The notes: a model not told the origin generated them from the letters alone. A stretch of DNA of 64,000 nt from Prosthecobacter debontii (GCA_945861385.1 CAMAUI010000007.1:8073-72072), one strand, 5' to 3'; positions 27,672-37,017 are shown, counted from the stretch's first letter. A program made the numbers and translations.

Positions 27672-28142
27672 TCACCGCGGGAAACGGTTTCTTTTTCCCG
27701 TGAGAAGCTGCTCCTCGCAATCGCTGAACTCCGCGCACGTGAGCAGGTCGGTGGCGAGCAATTCGCGGAGAATCAGCAGGCGGTCTTTGTTGCGGAGGTT
27801 CGCGAAGCGCTCACGGGAACGGCGGCTGAGAGCTGCGAGCGAGCATAGGCTCCCAGCTCCGAAGAGGGCCGCGGAGAGTTCGATGTTTGCGAGCAGTTGC
27901 CACGTCAGTGCCGCACCGATGAGTGTGATCGGGAGTCCGATATAGACCCACGCAAGCCAGGGGCGGCGCGGGCAGTTCATCAACTCTGCGAGTTTCTCGG
28001 CCCGCTGGTAGGCGTAGTCCTCGTCATCAATCATGCCGCCGTGGTGGAGTTGTTCCAGCTCGCAGAACCACGAGACAAAGAAAATGAAGGCATCGTCTTC
28101 CTGGGGAAGAACCGGCAGTTGAATGGATCGGGACGCGCTCAT
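27672..28142 (-). CDS. 2-TM membrane protein with SHOCT-like terminal motifs (paralog B)
   Basis: 156 aa. The N-terminal motif is GGMIDDEDYAYQRAEKLAEL, followed by two hydrophobic helices. The C-terminal part is RRSRE...KDRLLILRELLATDLLTCAEFSDCEEQLL. Confidence 0.7.
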   Translation of the reverse strand: MSASRSIQLPVLPQEDDAFIFFVSWFCELEQLHHGGMIDDEDYAYQRAEKLAELMNCPRRPWLAWVYIGLPITLIGAALTWQLLANIELSAALFGAGSLCSLAALSRRSRERFANLRNKDRLLILRELLATDLLTCAEFSDCEEQLLTGKRNRFPR

Positions 28143-28201
28143 GTGAAGCGGCTGTCGCGTTCAGCGAATCCCGTGCCTGACTCACTGCGGGAGCCGCTGT
28201 G

Positions 28202-29455
28202 TCACAGCCCTCGATAGGCGTTGCGGAGGACTTGCATCGTGTGGAGGACGGGAATCCGGCCGTGGAGATGGGCGCGCAATTGGGAAATGCAGCCGATGTT
28301 TCCCGTGGCGACGGAGTGGGCGACGGAGTCCGTGATGGCGGCGGCCTTGGCCGCACCGAGGCAGGCGGCGATCTCGGGCTGGTCCATGTTATACGTGCCC
28401 GCGCTGCCGCAGCACATGTGCGCGTCGGGAAGCTCGACGATTTCCGCGCCGGGGATCATCGCGAGCAGTGCGCGTGGCTCGGAGCGGACGCCCTGGGCAT
28501 TCGCGAGGTGGCAGGCGTCGTGGTAGGCGATGCGACGGTTCGTTTTTTGAGGCGGTGGTGGAATAAGGCCGCCGAGCCGGGTGAGGAACAAGCTCACATC
28601 GCACACACGGTGGCGGAATTGCTCCGCATTTTCCGCGTCTGCGGTTCCGGCGAGGATGAGGTGGTATTCGTGAAGGCCGCTGCCGCATCCGGCGGCATTG
28701 GTCACGATCGCGTCCACGTCGTCGGGGAACGCCATCACATTCTGGCGTGCGAATTTCCGCGCTGCTGAGATGTCGCCCACGTGCCATGCCAGCGCGCCGC
28801 AGCAGCCCTGCGTGGGCGGGATGACGACTTCCACGCCGTTGCGCGTGAGGACTTCGATCGTCGCGGTATTGATGTCTGGATCGAGCACCTGTTGCGCGCA
28901 GCCGATGAGCAGTGCGACGCGGGCACGGCGCGGGCCGATCGCGGGGGAAACGGCGGGCCACGTCTGCTTCGCCGGCAATTTATCCGGGAGCAGATCGAGC
29001 ATCGGGCGGAAGGACTTCGGAATCAGCGGCGCGAATCCCTTCGCAATTCGCGCCAGCGCCGCGGCAACCCGGAACCGCGCCGGGTGCGGCAATGTGAACG
29101 CCACGGCCCATCGCCGGATGCGTTCCATCAGCGGGCGGAGGCGTTTCTTCTCCGCGAGCGCGCGGAAAGGGGAGATCAAGTCGCGGTATTGGACGCCGCT
29201 CGGGCACGCGGGCTCGCACGCGAGGCAGCCGAGGCATTTGTCCACGTGCGGCTCCGCGGCCTCCGCGGGGAGCGTGCCCTCGAGCACCTGCTTCATCAGC
29301 ACGATGCGCCCGCGTGGCGAATCCATCTCCTGCCCGAGTTCGCGGTAGGTCGGGCAGGCCGCGAGGCAGAACCCGCAATGCACACACGCCTGCACGGCGG
29401 CGGCCATCGGCTGGCCCAGCGGGCCGTGTGCGGCGGCATTGATCGAGTGAAACAT
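28202..29455 (-). CDS. (Fe-S)-binding oxidoreductase subunit, GlcF/heterodisulfide-reductase-like (two 4Fe-4S motifs + CCG domains)
   Basis: 417 aa with ferredoxin-type motifs CVHCGFCLAACP and CLGCLACEPACP. It has two cysteine-rich CCG-type segments (GCCGALAWH and MCCGSAGTY). Confidence 0.88.
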   Translation of the reverse strand: MFHSINAAAHGPLGQPMAAAVQACVHCGFCLAACPTYRELGQEMDSPRGRIVLMKQVLEGTLPAEAAEPHVDKCLGCLACEPACPSGVQYRDLISPFRALAEKKRLRPLMERIRRWAVAFTLPHPARFRVAAALARIAKGFAPLIPKSFRPMLDLLPDKLPAKQTWPAVSPAIGPRRARVALLIGCAQQVLDPDINTATIEVLTRNGVEVVIPPTQGCCGALAWHVGDISAARKFARQNVMAFPDDVDAIVTNAAGCGSGLHEYHLILAGTADAENAEQFRHRVCDVSLFLTRLGGLIPPPPQKTNRRIAYHDACHLANAQGVRSEPRALLAMIPGAEIVELPDAHMCCGSAGTYNMDQPEIAACLGAAKAAAITDSVAHSVATGNIGCISQLRAHLHGRIPVLHTMQVLRNAYRGL

Positions 29456-29553
29456 CGGGCGGTGTTTGTGGCTGAAAGTTGGGCGCGGCGCCAGTTCCGC
29501 GGCACTTTGAAGTTGCGGGATGGGAGAACGCCGGTATGGATGGCGCGATTTTT

Positions 29554-30804
29554 ATGAGCAGCCACCGACGGGTAGTTATCACTGGAATGGGCGTCATCAC
29601 GCCCGTGGGCAGCGATTTGGGGACATTCTGGAACAACCTCACCAATGGCGTGAGCGGCATCGTCCCCATCACGCAATTCGACGCCTCAAAATTTGACTGC
29701 CGCATTGCCGGCGAAGTGCGCGACTTTGATCCGGTGAAGTATTTCAAAGTGCCGAAGGACGTCCGTCGCTCAGACCGCTTCGTGCAACTCGCGGTCGGCG
29801 CCGCAAAGAACGCCATGGCCGACGCCGGCATCACCGATCCCGTCGCCGATCCGGAGCGATTCGGATGCATCATCGGCAGCGGTATCGGCGGACTGAAAAC
29901 CACCGAGGACCAGCACACCAACTATCTCGCCAAGGGCCCCGGGCGCATCTCGCCATTCATGATCCCGATGCTCATCAGCAACATGGCCAGCGGCATCGTC
30001 AGCATGGAGTACGGCCTCCAAGGGCCAAATTTCGCCCCCGTTTCCGCCTGTGCCACCAGCTCTCATGCAGTCGGCGAAGCGTGGCGCCTCATTCGCGAAG
30101 GTGATGCGGATGCGTTCCTCGCGGGTGGCAGCGAGGCCGCGATCGTCCCCCTCGGCATCGGCGGATTTTCCGCGATGAGGGCGCTCTCGACGCGCAACGA
30201 CGAGCCAGCGCGCGCCAGTCGCCCGTGGGACAAGGACCGCGACGGCTTTGTCATGGGGGAAGGTGCCGGTATTCTCGTGATGGAATCACTGGATCGCGCC
30301 AGGGCCCGCGGTGCGCGCATCTATGCCGAGGTCGCTGGCTACGGAATGACCGCCGACGCTTTTCACATGAGCGCCCCGCTGCCGAATCACGAGCAGGCCC
30401 AGCGTTCCATGCGGATCGCCATGGAAAAGGCGGGTGTCACGCCAGCCGATATCGGCTACATCAATGCCCACGGCACCTCCACGCCCGTTGGTGATGTCGC
30501 CGAAGTCCGCGCCGTCAAAGCCGTCATGGGCGACCACGCCAGGACCGTTCCCGTCTCCTCCACCAAGAGCATGACCGGCCATCTGCTTGGTGCAGCGGGC
30601 GTCGTCGAGACGGTCGTTTGCGTGAAAGCCATCGAGACGGGGATCATCCCCCCCACCATCAATCTCGACAGCCCGGGCGAGGAGTGTGACCTGGACTTTG
30701 TGCCGCACACCGCACGTGAGTCCCGCCCCCGGGTCGCGCTCAACAACAGCTTCGGCTTTGGCGGCCACAACGTGACGCTCGTCGTGCGCGCGTTCGAGGG
30801 ATAG
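29554..30804 (+). CDS. fabF: beta-ketoacyl-ACP synthase II
   Basis: Frame of ORF 29479..30804. The start is chosen at MSSHRRVVITGMGVITPVG. The active-site Cys is in PVSACATSSHAVGEA. The His-His pair is in YINAHGTSTPVGD and SMTGHLLGAAG. The C-terminus contains NSFGFGGHN. Confidence 0.93.
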   Translation: MSSHRRVVITGMGVITPVGSDLGTFWNNLTNGVSGIVPITQFDASKFDCRIAGEVRDFDPVKYFKVPKDVRRSDRFVQLAVGAAKNAMADAGITDPVADPERFGCIIGSGIGGLKTTEDQHTNYLAKGPGRISPFMIPMLISNMASGIVSMEYGLQGPNFAPVSACATSSHAVGEAWRLIREGDADAFLAGGSEAAIVPLGIGGFSAMRALSTRNDEPARASRPWDKDRDGFVMGEGAGILVMESLDRARARGARIYAEVAGYGMTADAFHMSAPLPNHEQAQRSMRIAMEKAGVTPADIGYINAHGTSTPVGDVAEVRAVKAVMGDHARTVPVSSTKSMTGHLLGAAGVVETVVCVKAIETGIIPPTINLDSPGEECDLDFVPHTARESRPRVALNNSFGFGGHNVTLVVRAFEG

Positions 30805-30813
30805 CCGGGGAGC

Positions 30814-32064
30814 CTACCCGACAAAGAGCGTGCGCAGGTGCCTGGCGTACAGGTTTTCGGTCACGTTCTTCGCGACGATCGCCTCGTTGGCTTTGAGCAG
30901 GCCTGTGTAAGCCCCGCCTTTTTTCGCCGCGAGCTTGAAGCTGACGTGCAGAAGCTGGCGCACGCTTGGGTTGAATTCCGGGTGGCCGGGAATGTGCCGC
31001 ATCGCGCTGGCGAACTGCGCTCCGCTCCAACGCGCCGTGATGGCTGCACCGGGCAGGGCGGCGCGGTTGATGTCAATGACAGCGGAGTAGGGCGCGCACA
31101 ATTCGTCCACATGATCGAGTGCGGTGGAGTAAATGTCTTTCACCAGCGCGAGGCCTTCGCCGCCGGCTTCCGCGAGGCCGATCAATTCCTCGAGCCACGT
31201 CGTGCCCGCGGTTTTCAAATGCACGCCCGCGCCCGTGCGCTGGAGGGCGCGGCGGATGATGGGGTAGAGGGAAAATTTATCGCTGCCGCTGTGGACGCTG
31301 AGCTTGAGATTCTTCGGGAGGCCGTAGAGCGCGATGGCGTGCTGGAGGATGCCGAGGTCGTCGTTGAACTCCCGCTCGAATTGCGCGAGGTCGCCCACGT
31401 AATCCACTCCCTTGTTGAAACGCCCTGTGAACTTCGGGGCGATGGTTTGCAGGCGGACTTTTTCATCCGCGAGCAGCGCGAGGATGACGAGCAACTCCGG
31501 CGGCGTCTGCGGAGCGTCCGTCTCGTCCATCGAGACCTCGGCGATGAAGCCCCTTTTTCCTTTCGCCTTCGAGATGTGGCGGAAAATCGCGCCGGCGTCC
31601 TTCGCTGCGCGCATGTATTTTTCAGCGATGCGCGTGACCTCGGCCTCGCCGGCTTCAAATGGCTCCGATAATCCCGCGATGCGGTGCTCGCCGATCAGCT
31701 CAGGGTGCCGCTGGACGAACCGGAACACGCTTTTTTCCGGACACTCGGCACCGATGCCGTCGGCGACATCAATGGTGAAAAAATCCGACGCATCCAGGAA
31801 GCGGTCCACGGTATCGAGGCGAATATGGTCGGCATCAACGTGGTAGGGCTTGCGCCACCCGAGAGCCTGCACCGCCGCATCCGCCGCATCGCGCACGCTC
31901 TGCGGGCTGCTGCCGATGAATGTGTGCTCGCGGTTGCTCTTGTTCCAGACCGGCACCACCTCGACACCATCGGCGGCGAGATTGATGCATGCCTGCAACT
32001 GCGCCTTTGCCTGATGGGCAAAGCGGTCGCCGACACCGATGGTGAATTTTTCGAGAGACAACAT
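30814..32064 (-). CDS. UxaE-family tagaturonate/fructuronate epimerase-like protein
   Basis: Frame of ORF 30814..32106. The start is chosen at MLSLEKFTIGVGDRFAHQ. The conserved block GVDYVGDLAQFEREF...LKLSVHSGSDKFSLYP...HLKTAGTTWLEE matches my recollection of Thermotoga UxaE (GIDYKGDLAQFERE...ISLHSGSDKFSVYP...HVKTAGTSYLEA). Confidence 0.78.
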   Translation of the reverse strand: MLSLEKFTIGVGDRFAHQAKAQLQACINLAADGVEVVPVWNKSNREHTFIGSSPQSVRDAADAAVQALGWRKPYHVDADHIRLDTVDRFLDASDFFTIDVADGIGAECPEKSVFRFVQRHPELIGEHRIAGLSEPFEAGEAEVTRIAEKYMRAAKDAGAIFRHISKAKGKRGFIAEVSMDETDAPQTPPELLVILALLADEKVRLQTIAPKFTGRFNKGVDYVGDLAQFEREFNDDLGILQHAIALYGLPKNLKLSVHSGSDKFSLYPIIRRALQRTGAGVHLKTAGTTWLEELIGLAEAGGEGLALVKDIYSTALDHVDELCAPYSAVIDINRAALPGAAITARWSGAQFASAMRHIPGHPEFNPSVRQLLHVSFKLAAKKGGAYTGLLKANEAIVAKNVTENLYARHLRTLFVG

Positions 32065-32292
32065 GAGGCGAGAAAAGCGACACCGGGCGCGCTGGGGAAG
32101 CCCCAAAACTTTTTCCGTCTGATCTTCCGAGCACCGGGGAATCCCGCATCAAGTCGGTCCGGACGCTTGTTTGGAGGCTGTTTACGAGGGATGCATCTCG
32201 ATCGCGCCTGTCGGGAGCGTTTGAGGCGGAGGTGGAGTATTCGTGATGCGCGAGACGACTGTGTTTCCGGAGCGGCGATCCGGGTGCGCATG

Positions 32293-33672
32293 TCACCGCT
32301 GTGGTGGGCCGGAGGTGCTGGCCTCGGGGAGGGTGATTTTGAAGACCGTCATCCCGGGAATGGAATCCACAAGGCCAATATCGCCATTGTGTGCGCGAAT
32401 GATCTCAAGGGAAATACTGAGGCCGAGGCCCTGCCCGCCTGTGCGGCGGTCGCGCGATTTTTCAGCGCGGTGGAAGCGGCGGAAAATGTGGTCGCGTTCC
32501 TCCAATGGGATGCCCGGCCCGGTGTTGCTGATGGTGAAGACGATCGTGCCATTCTTCCGGCTGAGTTCCGTGCTGATGCGTCCGTTCGCGATGTTGTATT
32601 TGACGGCGTTGTCGAAAAGATTGAGCAGAACCTGCCGGAGAAATTGAGGATCACCCTCCACATGGAGTGACGGGGCGATGCGGGTTTCGAGTACGATGTT
32701 GTCCGGGCCGGCGAGAATCTCCATATCGTCGGTGATCTCGGCGATGAGCTGGCTGAGATCCAGGCTCTGGAGAGAGAGGCTCAGCTTTCGTGAATCTGCC
32801 TGGGAGAGGAGCAGCAGACCCTCGACGAGGTACATGAGGCGCCCGGTCTCCTCGTGGATGTTCAGCATCGTCCTTTCGATGGCTGGAGAAAGCTCGCCGG
32901 TGCGGAGTGCGCCCTCGATTTCCCCGCGGAGGATGGTGAGCGGGGTCTTCAATTCGTGTGACGCGTCAGCGCTGAACCTGCGCGCCTGCTCGAAGCCCTC
33001 CTGAATGCGATCCATCATGGCGTTGAGAACTTTCGTCAGGCGGCCGATTTCGTCGTCGGTGCCGGGGACGGGAAGGCGCTCGTTGAGCCTCTGTGCATTC
33101 ACGTGTTCCGTGGCGGCGGCGATGTCGCTCACCTGCCGCATTGCTTTTCTGGAAAGCCAGTTCCCGCCGATGGCCATCACAAGGATGGTGATCGGCAGCA
33201 TGACGGCGAAGGAAAATAGCAGCGAGCGATCGGTCTCGAGGGTGGGGCCGAGGTCCGCTGCGATCCGCAGGACCGTGCCGCGGCGCAAAGTCTGGAGCAC
33301 TCTCGCCTGCTTCTCACCGACGGTGGCAGTGATTGGGGAGAAGTCCGGGCCCGGCGGAATGGTTGAAACGCCGAGGTTTCGCGAGCGGTAAACCAAGGTG
33401 CCCGGCGGCTCCTCGATCTCGATTGCAAACAAGCTCCGCACAGAACTGAACACTTCGCGAACTTGAGTCTCGTTTTTCCAATCCACGGTTTCTCCCCGGT
33501 CTGCCAGACTGTGGAAAAAATCCTCGGCCTGATGCCTCAGCGCGTTGTCCAGTTCCGCAACCATTGCCCGGTGAATGTTGCTCCCGATCACACCCCCAAA
33601 AAGAAGAAGTGCAATGGTGCCAACCAGGACAACCCACAGCGTGATTTTCAGCCGGAGTGGCCAGTTCCGCAT
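32293..33672 (-). CDS. two-component sensor histidine kinase (2 TM, HAMP, HisKA, HATPase_c)
   Basis: 459 aa. The H-box is RRFSADASHELKTPLT, the N-box is LLNLFDNAVKY and the G-boxes are NTGPGI...GGQGLGLSI. It sits 3 bp downstream of the response regulator. Confidence 0.9.
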   Translation of the reverse strand: MRNWPLRLKITLWVVLVGTIALLLFGGVIGSNIHRAMVAELDNALRHQAEDFFHSLADRGETVDWKNETQVREVFSSVRSLFAIEIEEPPGTLVYRSRNLGVSTIPPGPDFSPITATVGEKQARVLQTLRRGTVLRIAADLGPTLETDRSLLFSFAVMLPITILVMAIGGNWLSRKAMRQVSDIAAATEHVNAQRLNERLPVPGTDDEIGRLTKVLNAMMDRIQEGFEQARRFSADASHELKTPLTILRGEIEGALRTGELSPAIERTMLNIHEETGRLMYLVEGLLLLSQADSRKLSLSLQSLDLSQLIAEITDDMEILAGPDNIVLETRIAPSLHVEGDPQFLRQVLLNLFDNAVKYNIANGRISTELSRKNGTIVFTISNTGPGIPLEERDHIFRRFHRAEKSRDRRTGGQGLGLSISLEIIRAHNGDIGLVDSIPGMTVFKITLPEASTSGPPQR

Positions 33673-33675
33673 CGG

Positions 33676-34347
33676 CTATTCGGTGCGGATGGCGTAGCCA
33701 ACGCCTCGGATCGTGTGGATCAGCTTCATTGCTTCACTATCATCCACTTTGCGGCGAAGCCGCTGGATATAGACATCCACGAGGTTCGTGCCGGGATCGA
33801 AGTGGTATTCCCAAACGCGCTCGATGATCTGTGTGCGCGTCAGCGTGTGGCCCGGCGAGCGCATGAGGTGCTCGAGAAGGCGGAATTCACGGGCGGTGAG
33901 CTCGATCCGGCGCTGGCCCCGCAGGACTTCACGCGAGACCAGGTTCATCGAGAGATCACCCACTTTGTAAAAACTGATGTTCTCGCCCGTGACGCGCCGG
34001 AGAAGCGCCCGGAGGCGGGCGACGAGTTCATCCATTGCGAATGGCTTCGCAAGGTAGTCGTCCGCGCCACAGTCGAGCCCTGCGACGCGTTCGCTCACGT
34101 CGCCACGTGCCGTGAGGATCATCACGGGGGTGGCAATTTTGCGGTCGCGAAGCATGCGCAGGAGGCTGAGGCCGTCGAGCCCCGGGAGCATGATGTCCAG
34201 GAGGATTGCATCGTAAGGACTGGCACATGCGCGATCGAGGCCCTCTTTGCCCTCATGGCTGAGATCCACGCTGTAGCCCTGTTCCTTGAGCCCCTTCTGG
34301 ATCAGGTTCGCGATCTTCTTCTCATCTTCGATGACCAGTATTTTCAT
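33676..34347 (-). CDS. OmpR-family DNA-binding response regulator
   Basis: 223 aa starting MKILVIEDEKKI. The acceptor is DAILLDIMLPGLDG. The winged-helix output contains LTAREFRLLEHLM...VDVYIQRLRRK...IHTIRGVGY. Confidence 0.93.
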   Translation of the reverse strand: MKILVIEDEKKIANLIQKGLKEQGYSVDLSHEGKEGLDRACASPYDAILLDIMLPGLDGLSLLRMLRDRKIATPVMILTARGDVSERVAGLDCGADDYLAKPFAMDELVARLRALLRRVTGENISFYKVGDLSMNLVSREVLRGQRRIELTAREFRLLEHLMRSPGHTLTRTQIIERVWEYHFDPGTNLVDVYIQRLRRKVDDSEAMKLIHTIRGVGYAIRTE

Positions 34348-34478
34348 TTCACAGTGGTAAATCTCCGGAGGACTGAAGTTGTTTCAAAAAACGTCATGAC
34401 GACTTGGTTAAGTTTCCCATCGGCTGGATTTAGAGCGCGGGTAATGACAATCACCATCCCTAAAACTTTCATTGTCGC

Positions 34479-35831
34479 ATGGGCGCGTGGTTTGCTATGT
34501 GGTGGCGCACCATGGAATCAGCCCATGCCCTTTCACTCGCCTGTGCACTTGTAATCGGAGTCCCTGCCGTCTCGCTCGGCCTCGGAATCCGCATCGCCGA
34601 CCAGGACGCCCGTGCCACCGCCCGTGGCAATGCGTTCGCCGCCACGGCGGACAACCCCTCTGCGATCTACTACAACCCGGCGGGCATCACCCAGCTTTAC
34701 GGCTCGTCCCTGAACAAGCCGCTGTCCCTTTCGATCGGCTCGGGCGGCAAGAACGTCGTGCAGCCGGCGGCGGAGGATCCCGCGGACTCGGGATTCCGGA
34801 CGCGCGCCGGGCTCTACGCGATCACCCTTGAGACCCGCGTTGATCCGCTTGCGGCGGGCGCGCCGGATTTCGACATCGAACGGAACTGGCAGGTCGCGCC
34901 GACATTTTACACGACCTACAAGCTGCCGAATGCGCCGCTCGTCTTCGGGCTCGGCGTTTACGCGCCGTATGGCTTCGGCCTCGAATACCCGGAGGACTCG
35001 CCGCTGCGCTCGCTCGCGATCAGCGGCAGTGTGAATTACATCTCCATCAACCCGGTCGTTGCGTGGCAGGTGAGCGAGACCTTCTCGCTCGCGGCGGGCG
35101 CGACATTCAACTACGCGCGGGCGGATTTGAAGCGCGGCATCCTCGCGCCACACGACCGCTTTCAGTTTTCCGGCGATGGCTGGGGTGTCGGCTGGAATGC
35201 GGGTGCGTTGTGGAAGCCGCACGTAATGCACAGCTTTGGAGTGAGCTACCGCAGCAAGACGGACATTAATTTCGAGGGTTCGGCTGACACACATTTCAAC
35301 AGCTTCACAGTCCCGACGCCATTCGGGCCGTTCCCGGTGCCGGGCGTGGATTCGAGCGAGCCGGCGAGCGCGGGCATCAAGTTCCCGCAGCACGTCGTCT
35401 TTGGATACAGTTTCCGCCCGACGGAGGAATGGAACTTCGAGTTCAACCTCGACTGGACCGACTGGGACAATCTCAACACGGTGAATCTCCGCAAGGAGAG
35501 CGGCGATGTCCCGCTGCCGTTCAACTGGGAGGCTTCGTTTTTCTATGAATTCGGCGTGAGCTACCAGTTCGATAACGGGCTCGTGGCGAGTGCGGGTTAC
35601 ATCTTCAGCGAGAACAGCGTGCCGAACGAATCCTTCAACCCCGTCGTGCCGGACTCGAATCGCCACATTTTCTCCGCGGGCCTGGGCGGGAAGTGGGAAC
35701 GCTGGGGCTTTGACCTCGCGTACCAGTTTGCACACGGGCCGGAGCGCTCCATCCGGCAGGGGAGTGTTGCGGATGGGAACTACCAGTTCGACAGCCACGC
35801 CGTCTCACTCAGTGTCGGATACAACTTCTAG
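34479..35831 (+). CDS. FadL/TodX (OmpP1) family outer-membrane hydrophobic-compound channel
   Basis: 450-aa ORF with a signal peptide and the family N-terminus DARATARGNAFAATADNPSAIYYNPAGI. Alternating beta-strand patterns follow, and it ends in aromatic ...SLSVGYNF. The start may be at M7 or M12 (34497/34512). Confidence 0.85.
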   Translation: MGAWFAMWWRTMESAHALSLACALVIGVPAVSLGLGIRIADQDARATARGNAFAATADNPSAIYYNPAGITQLYGSSLNKPLSLSIGSGGKNVVQPAAEDPADSGFRTRAGLYAITLETRVDPLAAGAPDFDIERNWQVAPTFYTTYKLPNAPLVFGLGVYAPYGFGLEYPEDSPLRSLAISGSVNYISINPVVAWQVSETFSLAAGATFNYARADLKRGILAPHDRFQFSGDGWGVGWNAGALWKPHVMHSFGVSYRSKTDINFEGSADTHFNSFTVPTPFGPFPVPGVDSSEPASAGIKFPQHVVFGYSFRPTEEWNFEFNLDWTDWDNLNTVNLRKESGDVPLPFNWEASFFYEFGVSYQFDNGLVASAGYIFSENSVPNESFNPVVPDSNRHIFSAGLGGKWERWGFDLAYQFAHGPERSIRQGSVADGNYQFDSHAVSLSVGYNF

Positions 35832-35847
35832 TCCCAGCCAGAGACCG

Positions 35848-37017
35848 GTGCTTCTTGTCGTGGATGACGAGGAGGGGCCTCGCGCGTCGCTGGAAGTCGT
35901 TTTCGAAAGCGATTTCGATGTGCTGCTCGCATCGAACGGGCTGGATGCCATCAAGCTTGCGCGCGAACGGCACGTGGATGTCGCGATTCTCGACATCCTC
36001 ATGCACGGCATGTCGGGCGTGGATGTGCTCCGCGAACTGAAGGCGCTCGATGAGGACATCGAGGTCATCATGCTCACCGCTTACGAGACGCTCGACACTG
36101 CGCGGCAGGCGCTGCGCCTCGGAGCGCGGGAGTATTTGAACAAGCCGTTCGACATCCCGACGCTCCGCGCCGCCGCGGTGATGGCGCTCGAACGGAGGCG
36201 CAGCAACAAGGACCTCAAGGCCGCGCACGCGCGCCTGAGCGAACTGCGGAAGGAGGTCGGCGGGGTTTCGGCGTCTGCGGATGCAGCGAGCAGCATCGTC
36301 CATGACTTGAACAATCCGCTGACGGTGATCAGCGGATACATGGATCTCCTGAACCGGCAGTTGCAAAGCGCCCCGAAGGTCGAGGGCGAGGAACTGGAGA
36401 AAATGAAGGCGAACATCGCACGGGTGAAAGCGCAGACGGAGCGATGCGTGGAAATTTCCCGCCGCTACCTCGGAGCGCGCAGGCGGGGGCTTGATGACCG
36501 CAGTTCCGTGAACCAGGTGCTTTCCGATGTGAAGGAGCTGCTCGCGAAACATCCGAGCGCCGAGGGCAACACGATCAACTTGAACGAGCTTGATGAACCG
36601 CGGCATGCTGCGATGAACGCGACGGATCTGCTGCGGGTGCTGTTGAATCTGACGACCAACGCGCTTCATGCGTGCGAAAGCGCCCACACGGTTGACGTGA
36701 TCGCCCAGTACCTTCCCCACGGTTACAGCGTGGAGGGCTTCCGCGATGCCGAGCACGAACGATTCGTTCGTGCGGAGGCGTTCCCGAGTGACAAGGCGCT
36801 CGTCGCACTGGTCGTGAGGGATGCCGGCCTGGGGATTCCCCCGGCGGTGGTGCGGCGGCTGTTCAACGAGCAGATCACCACGAAGCCCGAGGGCAAAGGC
36901 ACCGGCCTCGGACTGGGCAGCGTGAAGGCGCTCGTGCTCGCGGCGAAGGGCGCCATCCACATGGTGACGAAGCCTGGTGAAGGCAGCTCGTTCACGGTGT
37001 TCATCCCCGCCGCCTGA
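35848..37017 (+). CDS. hybrid response-regulator receiver + histidine kinase (REC-HisKA-HATPase_c)
   Basis: Frame of ORF 35590..37017. An in-frame GTG at 35848 gives (M)LLVVDDEEGPR, 16 bp after the FadL stop. The REC acceptor is DVAILDILMHGMSG. The H-box is SSIVHDLNNPLTVISG, the N-box is LLNLTTNALHA and the G-boxes are DAGLGI...GTGLGLGSV. Confidence 0.85.
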   Translation: MLLVVDDEEGPRASLEVVFESDFDVLLASNGLDAIKLARERHVDVAILDILMHGMSGVDVLRELKALDEDIEVIMLTAYETLDTARQALRLGAREYLNKPFDIPTLRAAAVMALERRRSNKDLKAAHARLSELRKEVGGVSASADAASSIVHDLNNPLTVISGYMDLLNRQLQSAPKVEGEELEKMKANIARVKAQTERCVEISRRYLGARRRGLDDRSSVNQVLSDVKELLAKHPSAEGNTINLNELDEPRHAAMNATDLLRVLLNLTTNALHACESAHTVDVIAQYLPHGYSVEGFRDAEHERFVRAEAFPSDKALVALVVRDAGLGIPPAVVRRLFNEQITTKPEGKGTGLGLGSVKALVLAAKGAIHMVTKPGEGSSFTVFIPAA

